The position numbers and the translations under genes were made by a program. Source: a virus. From it: DNA of 64,000 nucleotides. Shown in pieces: positions 9,701 through 18,208 of this stretch. The stretch spans positions 1 to 64,000 of the IMG/VR virus record IMGVR_UViG_3300043774_000656; one strand, given 5' to 3'. The notes below the pieces were generated by a model. The model saw only the letters and a program-made list of their open reading frames with translations, was not told where the DNA came from and searched no databases. Position 1 is the stretch's first letter. Each line of letters starts with the position of its first letter.

Positions 9701-10096
9701 TGTTTTTAAGATTCTACCTTCACCATTACTGATTTGAATATCTGTAAGTACTAGATTATTCTTTGGTAGTCTATCATAAACAATGTTAACTGGTGCTAAA
9801 GATGGGAAATACTGAAAGCCAAAAACCCAATTGTCTGGCATTTTGATTACTGTCTCCAATCCAAGCTCATGAAAATGCTCTATAGCTTTTTCGTAAAAGA
9901 CCATCATAGTTCTATCTATAAAATTTATAGGTGAACCGTCTTTCTTCATAAACACAATTGTACCATCGGTGTTCTTCATTACCATAAGTCTAGAACCATC
10001 TAGCTGTTCAGTAACTATAACATACTTGGTAAAAAGGTTTTCAATAAAGCTTCGACCTCTGTCTTTGTATATTTGCTTGAGATTGGTAAGTGCCAT
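6752..10096 (-). CDS. Multidomain protein: degenerate ATP-dependent ligase fold, HxGH-type nucleotidyltransferase and putative PD-(D/E)xK nuclease-like domain
   Basis: EQLDGS...EGIIFK (ligase motifs I and IV, K replaced by Q); GRFQPFTEGH...ISATKVREAL (cytidylyltransferase-like/NMNAT superfamily); C-terminal NDFGE...NAELVD...ISSK. Confidence 0.7.
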   Translation of the reverse strand: MALTNLKQIYKDRGRSFIENLFTKYVIVTEQLDGSRLMVMKNTDGTIVFMKKDGSPINFIDRTMMVFYEKAIEHFHELGLETVIKMPDNWVFGFQYFPSLAPVNIVYDRLPKNNLVLTDIQISNGEGRILKTISDPRVLSDWSKTLDVERPPIIYNGNLTSVQKDRIMDYLSTPESDLMATFKSQSFTRYIISVLNPDIRTSSLMNDIDKPIEGIIFKFITPGESEVYSARLIDPVMQQHSKNITKPVDRKANDMYQIAMLDIIEFMELVDMTGIQLNSESPDERYIELMSVLFNDYIQKNGHKYIGVDFETPDFAKKPEFEINLATIPNERTREILKNSKLSDLFKIIISSFRRYRKNTTPILTQQIVDTLNGIIEKIQKKVEMVPEENQILDFNNYLKRSQIENVTSVFESIINEALKLNTTEHGSKKVNIFAGRFQPFTEGHMKVVEQLYKENGLPTFILIVRGGKSDPAKNPFDEDTQLAMIGAIQSNMIEGAAVINTAGIDTIYNAVRPAYEPVLWGAGTDRLKAYKYQIDKYKEELNALPELDAFEIKRSDEDISATKVREALKIDDEATFKRMTPKGMHKLYDQLKTIMQEVKENFSLLTFNDFIFESARINEAKKEGTPWDLAYDSWAESSGVRADRVVAGTKGRGKPSKGEGEVLRASFGGTTVAEQNITSYLNSIGAPEGTYVFDSILPPKQGNSGDYYTYIIKFKKQVTLLNKFSYTRGGTIEIVDATKESKSGDVAVVGKKKLTPDALGLSTGSYKSSKVYESAIKSGIDMTEYPDNYKDFLKGLIEAVTSGGGHANSYTDMLDFLKNGTGTSYEYKFDKGLAEGIDLISISNIANDFGEVLGGLHLFNIIKTYKSGVSFPTASNAELVDFIFDSMHISSKAGSKGGTPAATGLVKAVTTLKDSGELTMSQDEQDLYDNILKKIVDLSIFDFYNEMLSSYLSGAGTPYNYLIKTSGLESTTLTKEVIIEWLYKLHKDKKNFITFYEELWKLCGTKPKDMTAKDMYDEWDSLKDETVFGAVFYPLVTTVVDYLNNLYQEPLTSLINKSQDLAQIYLIFDVKGNSMSFVSKSFSVAEFKFEAKGSVPNPFNAKIGITSGSVKKK

Positions 10097-11361
10097 TATC
10101 TGCCGTATTTAATAATTCCCATTAGTTGATTGATAGCTGCAAAAGTACCAGTAAGCTTGTACATGTTACCTTTGTATTTGAATACAAGGCCTTCAGTTGG
10201 TATGATAGATTCAATACCACCAATTCTTGCAAGTCTAGCTAATTCAGCTTCAACCTTTTCTATTTGTTTTGTATCACCATTTAACTTGATGGCTTCAGCC
10301 TCTTTTCTAATGGTATCATGTAGTCTTCTCTTTTCTGCATCAGGAGAAAGAGCTAGGAAGTTAGAAGCGTTCTTCAACACAACAGAACCTAATTCTAGGA
10401 ATAGATCCTCAAATGGTCTAATGTTTTCTTTAAACTTCTTTTTAAGATCTCCCTTTTCGTATTCCTTGATCTTTTCTACCTCTTTGGCATCAACCATTTT
10501 GGCTAAAGCTCTCATATCAAGGGCTTTCTTATCATCATAAGCCCATCTTTGTACAAGACCATCTTTAACCCATTGTTCAAGATTTGGGAAGTTAGAATCA
10601 ATTTCCTTTCTCCACCATGCTTCATGATATTTAGAAACAGGATCATTTAATTGTAGATTAAATTCATCCTGTAACTTGAAAACCTTGTTCATGAAGTAAT
10701 CGATGTTAACATCGAAGTCCATGTCTTTAGCAACCTTTAAGGCTTGTGGAGGAATGATCTCAAAAACTTGACCGATATGGTTGTTTGCATCTTTGATAAT
10801 CTTGGCAAGATCTTTAGCAGGTTTAGAATCTTCACCAGTTATATTTCCTTGGCCGTCAGTTTGCTTAATACCATGGAATTGAATAACATCTCTATCATAG
10901 TTGATAACGTTTGAATTTTTGGAATATATCAATTCCATATTCATAAAGTTTTTACCGTTATCAAAGTATGCTTCTTGATCTTCTTTAGAAAGTGCTTCAA
11001 GTGCTTTTGCTAAATCATTAGCAGCAAGCGTAAATGTTGCTCTAACTTGTTCAGATGGGTGATCAGCAAACATCATTTCAATACCTGAAAGATCTATAGG
11101 ATTCTGAAGCTGGCCTTTATTGCGGGCAAACATTGCTTTACCATCTTTAACGGTTGCAAATATATTTTGACCATCGGTCTTCTCAGTAGGATCTTCCTCA
11201 AAGTTTAATTCACCTGAAAGACCTGCTTCGATCATTTTTCTAAAATCATCAAAGGTCAAACCTGCGTCATCGAAGGGGTGCATCATATGTCCTGCAGCAC
11301 CGCCTTCGAGGATCGGTTCATATTGTTCATTTATAAATGAGTCAAATGAGAGAAGCTTCAT
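10096..11361 (-). CDS. ATP-dependent ligase-fold (covalent nucleotidyltransferase) protein with capsid-targeting-like N-terminus
   Basis: MKLLSFDSFINE leader; EGGAAGHMMHP; EKTDG (motif I), NMELI (III), EGLVFK (IV), YKL (V). Confidence 0.7.
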   Translation of the reverse strand: MKLLSFDSFINEQYEPILEGGAAGHMMHPFDDAGLTFDDFRKMIEAGLSGELNFEEDPTEKTDGQNIFATVKDGKAMFARNKGQLQNPIDLSGIEMMFADHPSEQVRATFTLAANDLAKALEALSKEDQEAYFDNGKNFMNMELIYSKNSNVINYDRDVIQFHGIKQTDGQGNITGEDSKPAKDLAKIIKDANNHIGQVFEIIPPQALKVAKDMDFDVNIDYFMNKVFKLQDEFNLQLNDPVSKYHEAWWRKEIDSNFPNLEQWVKDGLVQRWAYDDKKALDMRALAKMVDAKEVEKIKEYEKGDLKKKFKENIRPFEDLFLELGSVVLKNASNFLALSPDAEKRRLHDTIRKEAEAIKLNGDTKQIEKVEAELARLARIGGIESIIPTEGLVFKYKGNMYKLTGTFAAINQLMGIIKYGR

Positions 11362-11363
11362 GA

Positions 11364-11786
11364 TTAAGCTTTATTTAACATTCCGATAAGTGGACCGTAG
11401 TCATTACCCTTCTTCTGTGCCAAAAGACCATCTGCTACTTCTTTAGCTTTAGCCTCATCAAAATCATCAGGGTGCTGTTGCTTAAGAATAGTATTCACAT
11501 ATTCTCTAAACTCATCATCATTTTTAATATCAGATTCGTTTACTTGACCACCTGATACTGATTTAGAAAGTTCATTCATTGCATCTACGCTGAAAAGCTT
11601 TTCCAAGAAAGCAGGTTTTTGATCTTCAGAAATTTCTGATGGGTTAACCACGTCAAATTCTCTTAGAAGATTTTCAAAAGCCATACCCATTGATTTCTGA
11701 GTCTGTACTTTCTTTTCTGTCATTTTAGCATCAGACTGTGATTTAACGTGCTGAGTAAAACTTTCAAATGATAATAGATTTTTCAT
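11364..11786 (-). CDS. Putative internal head protein
   Basis: MKNLLSFESF start, AMNE and QVNE sites; same operon as the other tagged proteins. Confidence 0.5.
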   Translation of the reverse strand: MKNLLSFESFTQHVKSQSDAKMTEKKVQTQKSMGMAFENLLREFDVVNPSEISEDQKPAFLEKLFSVDAMNELSKSVSGGQVNESDIKNDDEFREYVNTILKQQHPDDFDEAKAKEVADGLLAQKKGNDYGPLIGMLNKA

Positions 11787-11798
11787 TTTTATTTGTTT

Positions 11799-12083
11799 TT
11801 ATTTTGGATTTTCGTCTTTATTATCTAAGCGACTCTGCATATAACTGTGTACAGTTTCTATGTAATCAGCAGCTGTAGTAATTTTACTTTGTACCCAGGC
11901 TTCTAGATCTTTAACGTTACCGATAAGATTGATTAGTTCACTGGCATGGTCGATAGCACTTTTCAATTGACCTATAGCCATTTCTTGTTCTTCTGACATA
12001 TCGCCGTTAGCCATCTCCTTAGGCACTATACTAAGATCACTGGTTTCTTCACTTACGAAGTCTTTATAATTCTTTACAGGCAT
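11799..12083 (-). CDS. Putative internal head protein
   Basis: MPVKNYKDFVSE start; contains LEAWVQSKITTAADY, a helical module I recall from T4-like phage proteins. Confidence 0.5.
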   Translation of the reverse strand: MPVKNYKDFVSEETSDLSIVPKEMANGDMSEEQEMAIGQLKSAIDHASELINLIGNVKDLEAWVQSKITTAADYIETVHSYMQSRLDNKDENPK

Positions 12084-12099
12084 AACCCAGGTTTTTTGT

Positions 12100-12107
12100 T
12101 ATATATC
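12100..12107 (-). promoter_or_regulatory. Putative late promoter GATATATA
   Basis: Recurrent RATATATA motif; overlaps the uvsW stop and heads the tagged-protein operon. Confidence 0.65.
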
Positions 12108-13605
12108 AGAATTTAACTTGTTTAACTGCGTATGCAAATTTCTGCTCTTTATAAATTTTCTGACGCTCTTTACCGTGTTTATAGAGATAACCGTCCCAGC
12201 CGTCATAACTAAAGTTATCTACAAAGTCGATAATTGTAAGAAGATCTTTGTCTTTATGTAGCCTTAATCCTCTACCGATACTTTGTCTTACTATGACTTC
12301 AGACTTGAATGATTCTGTAAAGAAAATATTGTGTATGTTTTTAATACTAATACCTGTACTGAATGTACCAAAGCTGGCTATCAAGATAACATTTTCACCT
12401 TTCTCCATTTTGTCTTTATAGACGTCTCTGATTTCAGCATCTGTTCCTCCATCTACATAGTAAATAGGTCTTGCAAATTTTTCACGTAGTAATTTATAGA
12501 GCTTTTGACCATGTTCAATTCTATGAAATAGAACAAGACTACTTTTCGTTGATCTACCTATGATGTTGGCTATGAAATTAAGACGTTCATCGTTTTTAAC
12601 GATAAAGTCTTGTTCCATTTGGTATAGCTCCTTTCTATTTGGTGTTCTGCTTAGACTAGAAAAAGCCATCTTTACTTCTTCTGAAGCATAGTCCATTTCA
12701 ATAACTTGTACTCGACATTTGGTAACAAAGCCTTCTGATGCTAAATAATTGGCACTAACCTCAGTGATCAGCGGACCAGTATAACTCATTAGGGTCAATC
12801 TGTCAAGTGTCTCTGGTTTTGGTATAGTACCTGAAAGACCAAATCTGTAAACTGAATTAGTACATTTCTCTAGGATCTGTTTAATAGACTGGGCTTTTAC
12901 CTTGTGTGTCTCATCGACAATAACCGCATCAAAGCCCTCAAAGTATTCCTTTGGCTTTTTCGATAATGATTGATATGTACCTATTACAAGGTTATACTCT
13001 GGCTTCGGTGCTTGACCTGAATAAATCTCTTGATATTTAATCTTAACTGGATTTTCAACGAATCTAGTGTAACTCTTAAAGTCACTTACACCCTGTGTAA
13101 CAAGACTAACACTGGGTACAATAAACAATATCTTTTGAGCTTTTTCTTTTTGTAAAAGATATGAAACAATGATATATGAGATTAGTGTTTTACCTGCAGA
13201 TGTTGCAAGCTCTGCTACACATAGTCTATTTTTAAGGATTTGATATGCTGCTTCAATTTGATACTGACGTATCTCCATGTTAAAGCCATTGAAATACTCT
13301 TTAACCCAGGCCTCAAACTCTTCCATTTTTATAGAGTTATCAAATAATCTTCTGATACCTTCTATTTCAATTTCATAATTAAACTTCTTGCATATATCTA
13401 AAATCTCTCTCCATAAACCTGCAGGTATGAATCTATCTTTAAGGAAATAGGAAACATTTCCATCCCAGTGCCCTTGCTTAACCAGAGGGTGGAAGCGCCA
13501 GCCATTCACCTTTCTGGTTAAACATATTCGTAGTTGCTCGATTTCTATATCAGATGCTTCAACTACGATTAGATACTTGTTATCTTCACTTAGTTCAAGT
13601 TTCAC
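12106..13605 (-). CDS. uvsW: UvsW-like superfamily 2 DNA helicase
   Basis: WDG, RQYQ, ATSAGKT (Walker A), DETH, SGT, FSTGI and QSIGRGLR motifs; 499 aa; GTG start. Confidence 0.92.
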   Translation of the reverse strand: MKLELSEDNKYLIVVEASDIEIEQLRICLTRKVNGWRFHPLVKQGHWDGNVSYFLKDRFIPAGLWREILDICKKFNYEIEIEGIRRLFDNSIKMEEFEAWVKEYFNGFNMEIRQYQIEAAYQILKNRLCVAELATSAGKTLISYIIVSYLLQKEKAQKILFIVPSVSLVTQGVSDFKSYTRFVENPVKIKYQEIYSGQAPKPEYNLVIGTYQSLSKKPKEYFEGFDAVIVDETHKVKAQSIKQILEKCTNSVYRFGLSGTIPKPETLDRLTLMSYTGPLITEVSANYLASEGFVTKCRVQVIEMDYASEEVKMAFSSLSRTPNRKELYQMEQDFIVKNDERLNFIANIIGRSTKSSLVLFHRIEHGQKLYKLLREKFARPIYYVDGGTDAEIRDVYKDKMEKGENVILIASFGTFSTGISIKNIHNIFFTESFKSEVIVRQSIGRGLRLHKDKDLLTIIDFVDNFSYDGWDGYLYKHGKERQKIYKEQKFAYAVKQVKF

Positions 13606-13606
13606 T

Positions 13607-14044
13607 TTAGGCTAGTTCATTAATGTTAAGTCTATTCTTAATAGCCCATCCAACATTGTCTAATGTTTTGATACATTCCTTAAAATACTCGATCTGAGCA
13701 GTTAAGAAACCTATCTGTCTGTCTAATACCGACAGATCAGCTTCAACCATATTGACCTTTTGTTTGTCATTAAGTTTATAGTCATAGTTAAAGTACTCCA
13801 GAAATTTATTCTTGTACTGGATGTTATATGACGACTCTCTTTTCTTTAGAGTGATATTGATCTTAGCTATCTGATCTATTATCATGTGGCGATAACTAAG
13901 CATAGTAACTTGCACTTCTGCAAGGTTTTCAAACTCTCTGATCTTGGATATCAATTCTACTATTCTATCTCCCCATTCACTTCTCTGTTTTTCGAGAAAT
14001 TTATCCAGGTCATTAAGTTTATCGAGTTCTGTTTGATTTTCCAT
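13607..14044 (-). CDS. UvsY-like recombination mediator
   Basis: 145 aa coiled-coil protein adjacent to uvsW, ending in IKTLDNVGWAIKN, similar to the UvsY C-terminal pattern. Confidence 0.65.
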   Translation of the reverse strand: MENQTELDKLNDLDKFLEKQRSEWGDRIVELISKIREFENLAEVQVTMLSYRHMIIDQIAKINITLKKRESSYNIQYKNKFLEYFNYDYKLNDKQKVNMVEADLSVLDRQIGFLTAQIEYFKECIKTLDNVGWAIKNRLNINELA

Positions 14045-14045
14045 C

Positions 14046-14261
14046 TTAGAATAATTTACCTTCGCTATCTATATCCTTTTTGTATACGATAACATTTCTT
14101 TTCTTAGTTTTTACTTGGAAATCAGAAATTGTTTTACCTGTATACTCATAGTTAGCTGAAGGTAAATCCTCTAACAATAACTTAAACTTCTTAAGGTGGT
14201 TATCATGGTCTTGATTAAATTTATCAAGCTCTTCCATTATCCATTTATTATTTTTATACAT
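14046..14261 (-). CDS. Hypothetical protein
   Basis: 71 aa ORF tightly coupled to both neighbours. Confidence 0.6.
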   Translation of the reverse strand: MYKNNKWIMEELDKFNQDHDNHLKKFKLLLEDLPSANYEYTGKTISDFQVKTKKRNVIVYKKDIDSEGKLF

Positions 14262-15330
14262 AGAAACTATCTAAACTGTTAGAAGAAAAGTAGCTGCCAA
14301 TATATTTATATGCATCTAATTTGTTTTTGTAACAAATTAAAATCAGGTCATTAAGATCTTTTATTTCATATTCATTTAGATTAAAGGTTGAAATAAACTT
14401 AGACCATAGGAATACTTCTTTACCAGTCTTCAGCAAATCTCTCATGGCATTCTTACCTGCTTTATCGTTATCGAACATGTATCTGATAGTTGGTATATCT
14501 TGAAACTGTTCGACATTTCGGCCAACTGTACATAGGGCTAGGCTGTTACCCATAAACTTGGCATCAATTGGTCCCTCAAATATAGTAACAGGTCTTGTAA
14601 AGTCTATGTCAAGTATACCAAAAAGTGTAGACACATCATTCAGCTTTTCAACTTCACTGCCTTCAGGTAATTCTAGACCACAGAAGCCATAAAGCTTTTC
14701 TATATTATATGTTTGATATTTAGATCCACTGCGACCTAGATTTCTCATCTGAAAGCCAACAACCCGCTTTCTATCATTGGTTAAATTAAGTATGTACAAC
14801 TTATTATTACCATATGTAAAGCCATCAGCTGATCTGACCAATAACCTGTTCTTCAGGTATTCATAACCTGGGCTATTTTCATTTATCTTTTTAGTACCTG
14901 TTCTTTCCATAAACAGATCAAGTGGTACTGCAAGCTTATATAGGTTTTCAAAGATTTCATATCTGACACTCTGTCTTACCGTCTTTCTGCTATGTGATTT
15001 GATATAATCGATTACACCAATTCTTTCAGTGCTGTTAAGGCCATTGGGTATGTAATCGTTAATTAGTTCACTGACAGACTTATGTATATTACAACCATAG
15101 TTATAACAGTGATAGTAAAGAGTGTCCCAAAATAAATTACCGCGCTTCTTAAGCATGTCAGTACTACTATCACCGCAATAGGGGCATGCAAAGTTTAAAC
15201 GATTGTGCATCTTCTTGATTCTGGCCTTAGCACCCTTGCCATGCGCAGAAACAAGTATATCCTCAACCAGGCCTTCTACTTTATTTCTAAATGCTTCGTC
15301 TATTTCAAATTTATTATCCAATGATACCAT
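14254..15330 (-). CDS. DNA primase (gp61-like)
   Basis: CPYCGDS...HCYNYGC zinc ribbon; TOPRIM motifs EGPIDA, FDND and KDLND. Confidence 0.92.
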   Translation of the reverse strand: MVSLDNKFEIDEAFRNKVEGLVEDILVSAHGKGAKARIKKMHNRLNFACPYCGDSSTDMLKKRGNLFWDTLYYHCYNYGCNIHKSVSELINDYIPNGLNSTERIGVIDYIKSHSRKTVRQSVRYEIFENLYKLAVPLDLFMERTGTKKINENSPGYEYLKNRLLVRSADGFTYGNNKLYILNLTNDRKRVVGFQMRNLGRSGSKYQTYNIEKLYGFCGLELPEGSEVEKLNDVSTLFGILDIDFTRPVTIFEGPIDAKFMGNSLALCTVGRNVEQFQDIPTIRYMFDNDKAGKNAMRDLLKTGKEVFLWSKFISTFNLNEYEIKDLNDLILICYKNKLDAYKYIGSYFSSNSLDSFYV

Positions 15331-15342
15331 TTAGTTAAATGT

Positions 15343-15370
15343 AAAAAAGGGAGCACTGAGGCTCCCTTTT
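15343..15370 (-). terminator. Intrinsic terminator after the SSB gene
   Basis: AAAAGGGAGC-ACTGAG-GCTCCCTTTT hairpin with a T-run on the minus strand. Confidence 0.9.
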
Positions 15371-15385
15371 GATTATAGATAGTTA

Positions 15386-16336
15386 TTAAATACCTAGACC
15401 ATCGAGGAATGAATCCAGGTCTTCATCATTACTTGACTGCTTAGCAGGCTCAGGGCTTGATTTAGCAGATTCCTTTTTAGGAGCAGGTGCATTAAAGAAG
15501 TCATCGTCTTCAGTATTACTTGCCTCGAATGTAGATTCTGCTTTTGGCTTAGAATTAACTACTGCATCGATTGAAGAACCGCGTGAAGTGTAGTATGAAA
15601 GAAACTTCTCAACTCTTGAACGATCTTCATCAGTCCATGATTGGTATTCAAATGTGCTCAAATCTGGAGCAGCATTTAATTCTTTGAGAATAGCCTCTTT
15701 AGATTCTGGGCTGTTATCAGCAGGCTCACCATTAATGATAACTGCAGTTTTCTTACTTTGGAACTTAGACGTGTCATAGTTGTTATAATCACCTTGCTTG
15801 GTTACAATCAATTCGAAATTCTTACCTGTAAGTGGGTTAAAGATCTGAGTTGGCTCATCAAAGCTTGGTGACATTTCATCATCAATCTTTTGCTTTAATT
15901 TAGTACCATACTTCAAGATAAAGTAACGTCCTTCATTTTCAGGCTTCTGTGGATCTTTAATGACTTTAATCAAAGAATAGAATTGCTCTTTTCTTTTAAG
16001 CTTTTCCGCCATTCTACGATCTGCAGCTGACTCGCTATTTTTCAAGCGATAGAAAGCCTGTTGAATTGGACACTTTTCACCAACAGTAGAAGGACTATCA
16101 AAGTTAGAACCTTTACCATCTGGACCTTCAAGCCAATAGGTGAATTTACGAACAATAGGTTGTTTTGGATTTTTGATGTTCGGCATGAATCTGATCAATG
16201 CCTTATAAGTACCATCTGCGCCGTCTTTTGCTTTAGGAGAATAGAATACACTGTCTTTCTTTTCTCTCTTGTAGAGATCGATATCGCTGACGCTTGTTGA
16301 AAAGATATCGAAATCTTCTTGTGGTTTTTTTGCCAT
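15386..16336 (-). CDS. Single-stranded DNA-binding protein (gp32-like)
   Basis: ALIRFMP, CPI, IKDPQKPENEG, G.NF.L and NYDTSKF motifs; acidic tail DEDLDSFLDGL. Confidence 0.92.
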   Translation of the reverse strand: MAKKPQEDFDIFSTSVSDIDLYKREKKDSVFYSPKAKDGADGTYKALIRFMPNIKNPKQPIVRKFTYWLEGPDGKGSNFDSPSTVGEKCPIQQAFYRLKNSESAADRRMAEKLKRKEQFYSLIKVIKDPQKPENEGRYFILKYGTKLKQKIDDEMSPSFDEPTQIFNPLTGKNFELIVTKQGDYNNYDTSKFQSKKTAVIINGEPADNSPESKEAILKELNAAPDLSTFEYQSWTDEDRSRVEKFLSYYTSRGSSIDAVVNSKPKAESTFEASNTEDDDFFNAPAPKKESAKSSPEPAKQSSNDEDLDSFLDGLGI

Positions 16337-16346
16337 AATAATTAAA

Positions 16347-16370
16347 TTTTAATTTGCCTTTTAATTTGCC
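16347..16370. repeat. 12-bp tandem repeat in the SSB leader
   Basis: TTTTAATTTGCC twice, exact. Confidence 0.85.
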
Positions 16371-16417
16371 TAAAATAACTTGAAACTGGCCAGTAAACTT
16401 GTTAAATCAGTATGGTT

Positions 16418-16425
16418 TATATATC
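16418..16425 (-). promoter_or_regulatory. Putative late promoter GATATATA
   Basis: RATATATA motif about 80 nt upstream of the SSB start. Confidence 0.55.
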
Positions 16426-16559
16426 GTTCAAATAGAAAATAGTTTATGAGAAATACCGCTAGCAAGCAATATCATAGAAAAACCAGTAGGTCTTGAAACA
16501 ATACCCCTATAGATGTGTACAATATTTAAGTAGCTTAAATCCAGAGGTGGATCCAAACT

Positions 16560-17237
16560 CTAGGTAGCCAGGCTGACATACTTTCCCATCAGAGCATTGG
16601 CTACAAAATAAGAGTCTATTAGATCGTCAGTCGGCTTTGGTAACTTCTTCAGGCCCTTTATAGATTGAGATAGGGTCCAGAAGTCAGACTGTTCTAGCTT
16701 AGTATCAGAGTGCCTATTTTCGGCAAAGACCTCATACATCTCCTTTTTATTGTATCGACCAGAGCCTGCATGCTTCTTAATAGTACCAGGTGCCATAACA
16801 TCAAGTGTCATATCTATTGAATGGCTAGCACAATAGTCAATAAGCCTTTCTTTTAAAAAGCCGGTGGCTATAGCTATATCTATAATGTTATTGGTATTTG
16901 AGCCATAGGAAAAACCTTCAAATCCAAAATGGATTGGCCCTTTATAGTTTAGTCTCTGTACTGTGTCAAAGATTATTTCCTTGATTTGATTAGCCCTGTT
17001 GATATAACGAATGATCTTACGATATTCTGTATCACTGTAGCTGTCTATACTTTCTTGTGATGAGACATCAGCATCGAATTGGATATACGATACATCTGAA
17101 CAGGCTTTTATTCTCTCGACATAAGCTGATTCTGCTTTAGTCTTTGGGCCTATTGAATTACTAATCCAGTGACATTGTTCCTCATGGATAATGCAAATAC
17201 CTGGTGAGTTAATAGAAAAGTCGATACCGACAAACAT
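16560..17237 (-). CDS. RuvC-like Holliday junction resolvase
   Basis: GIDFSINSPG, FEGFSY, PGTIKK, GRYNKKEM and DDLIDSY motifs of the RNase H fold. Confidence 0.85.
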   Translation of the reverse strand: MFVGIDFSINSPGICIIHEEQCHWISNSIGPKTKAESAYVERIKACSDVSYIQFDADVSSQESIDSYSDTEYRKIIRYINRANQIKEIIFDTVQRLNYKGPIHFGFEGFSYGSNTNNIIDIAIATGFLKERLIDYCASHSIDMTLDVMAPGTIKKHAGSGRYNKKEMYEVFAENRHSDTKLEQSDFWTLSQSIKGLKKLPKPTDDLIDSYFVANALMGKYVSLAT

Positions 17238-17258
17238 AAAAATTAGATTAAAGGGTTA

Positions 17259-17621
17259 TTAAACACGTGAACCAAGTGCAGAACCTAAAGCTGCACCGAC
17301 AAGACGACTGGTAAGCATATCATATAAAATACCTGGGCCTACACCAAGAACTCTGGCAATAATTTTACCTACAGAGCTGCCAAGTGCAAATCCTGCTAAA
17401 CCACCGAGAATAGATCCGAGAAAACCTTCATTCATAATATCTTGCTGTAGGTCTTCCATAGTTTTACCTTTACTTAGATATTCAGATACGAATCTATCAA
17501 TAGCTTCATCGATTTGGGCCTCCTGTTCAACTGTAAGTTCAGTAATCAAACTTTCATTTAAAGCTTTCCATTCTTGGCTATCAATTGTGCCTTCAGTAAT
17601 AAATTCGTTGAATGTTTTCAT
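17259..17621 (-). CDS. Putative internal head protein with glycine-zipper hydrophobic C-terminus
   Basis: MKTFNEFITE start; after IMNE comes GFLGSILGGLAGFALGSSVG...VGAALGSALG. Confidence 0.65.
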   Translation of the reverse strand: MKTFNEFITEGTIDSQEWKALNESLITELTVEQEAQIDEAIDRFVSEYLSKGKTMEDLQQDIMNEGFLGSILGGLAGFALGSSVGKIIARVLGVGPGILYDMLTSRLVGAALGSALGSRV

Positions 17622-17638
17622 CTGTCTGTTTCTTTATC

Positions 17639-17646
17639 TATATATT
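17639..17646 (-). promoter_or_regulatory. Putative late promoter AATATATA
   Basis: RATATATA overlapping the upstream stop codon, 18 nt before the start at 17621. Confidence 0.6.
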
Positions 17647-18196
17647 AGTCCAGCTCGATTCTGATCTCTAACTCATTATAGGCTATATTAAGATCAAACG
17701 TTTTGAACTCAGCTACATTACTTGCAAAGCTCATCTGTAGGTCACTTATACTTCTTAATAAAGTATCTTTCATTGTCGCAGAAACAAGTGCATTACCTTC
17801 ACTATCAAGCATACGTAAATTTAAGGGTTCAGCATATGTATTTTCATTACTAAAATCATAGTAATATTGTAGAGTTTCAAGTAGAATCCAATAGTTAATG
17901 TAACCATCTACAAGTTGGAATGTTACAGTAAGTTCCTTTTGGAATAATTCCTGTACAGGCTTGCTAGCTCTAAAGAGTATATTTCTACCTGGATATTGAG
18001 CCTGCTGTACAGGATCGAAACCAACTCCCGGGAAATTTATAGATTGAATTGTGTAATTGATAAAATCAATTGGTTCTTCAATCAGGTTACCTGGTATTCT
18101 ATTCAAATAGGGTTTATACTTTTCTGAAATAGATCTAGGTATAAAGTTTCTTGGAAAGCCAAATTGGAATAAATTATCTCTAGCGTTTAGTAGCAT
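17645..18196 (-). CDS. Tail tube-fold protein (gp3 terminator/gp19-like)
   Basis: 183 aa with IQSINFPGV...ELTVTFQLVDGYINYW...SISDLQMS...TFDLNIAY, a tube-fold pattern. Confidence 0.65.
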   Translation of the reverse strand: MLLNARDNLFQFGFPRNFIPRSISEKYKPYLNRIPGNLIEEPIDFINYTIQSINFPGVGFDPVQQAQYPGRNILFRASKPVQELFQKELTVTFQLVDGYINYWILLETLQYYYDFSNENTYAEPLNLRMLDSEGNALVSATMKDTLLRSISDLQMSFASNVAEFKTFDLNIAYNELEIRIELD

Positions 18197-18208
18197 TGTC
18201 TTTTATCT

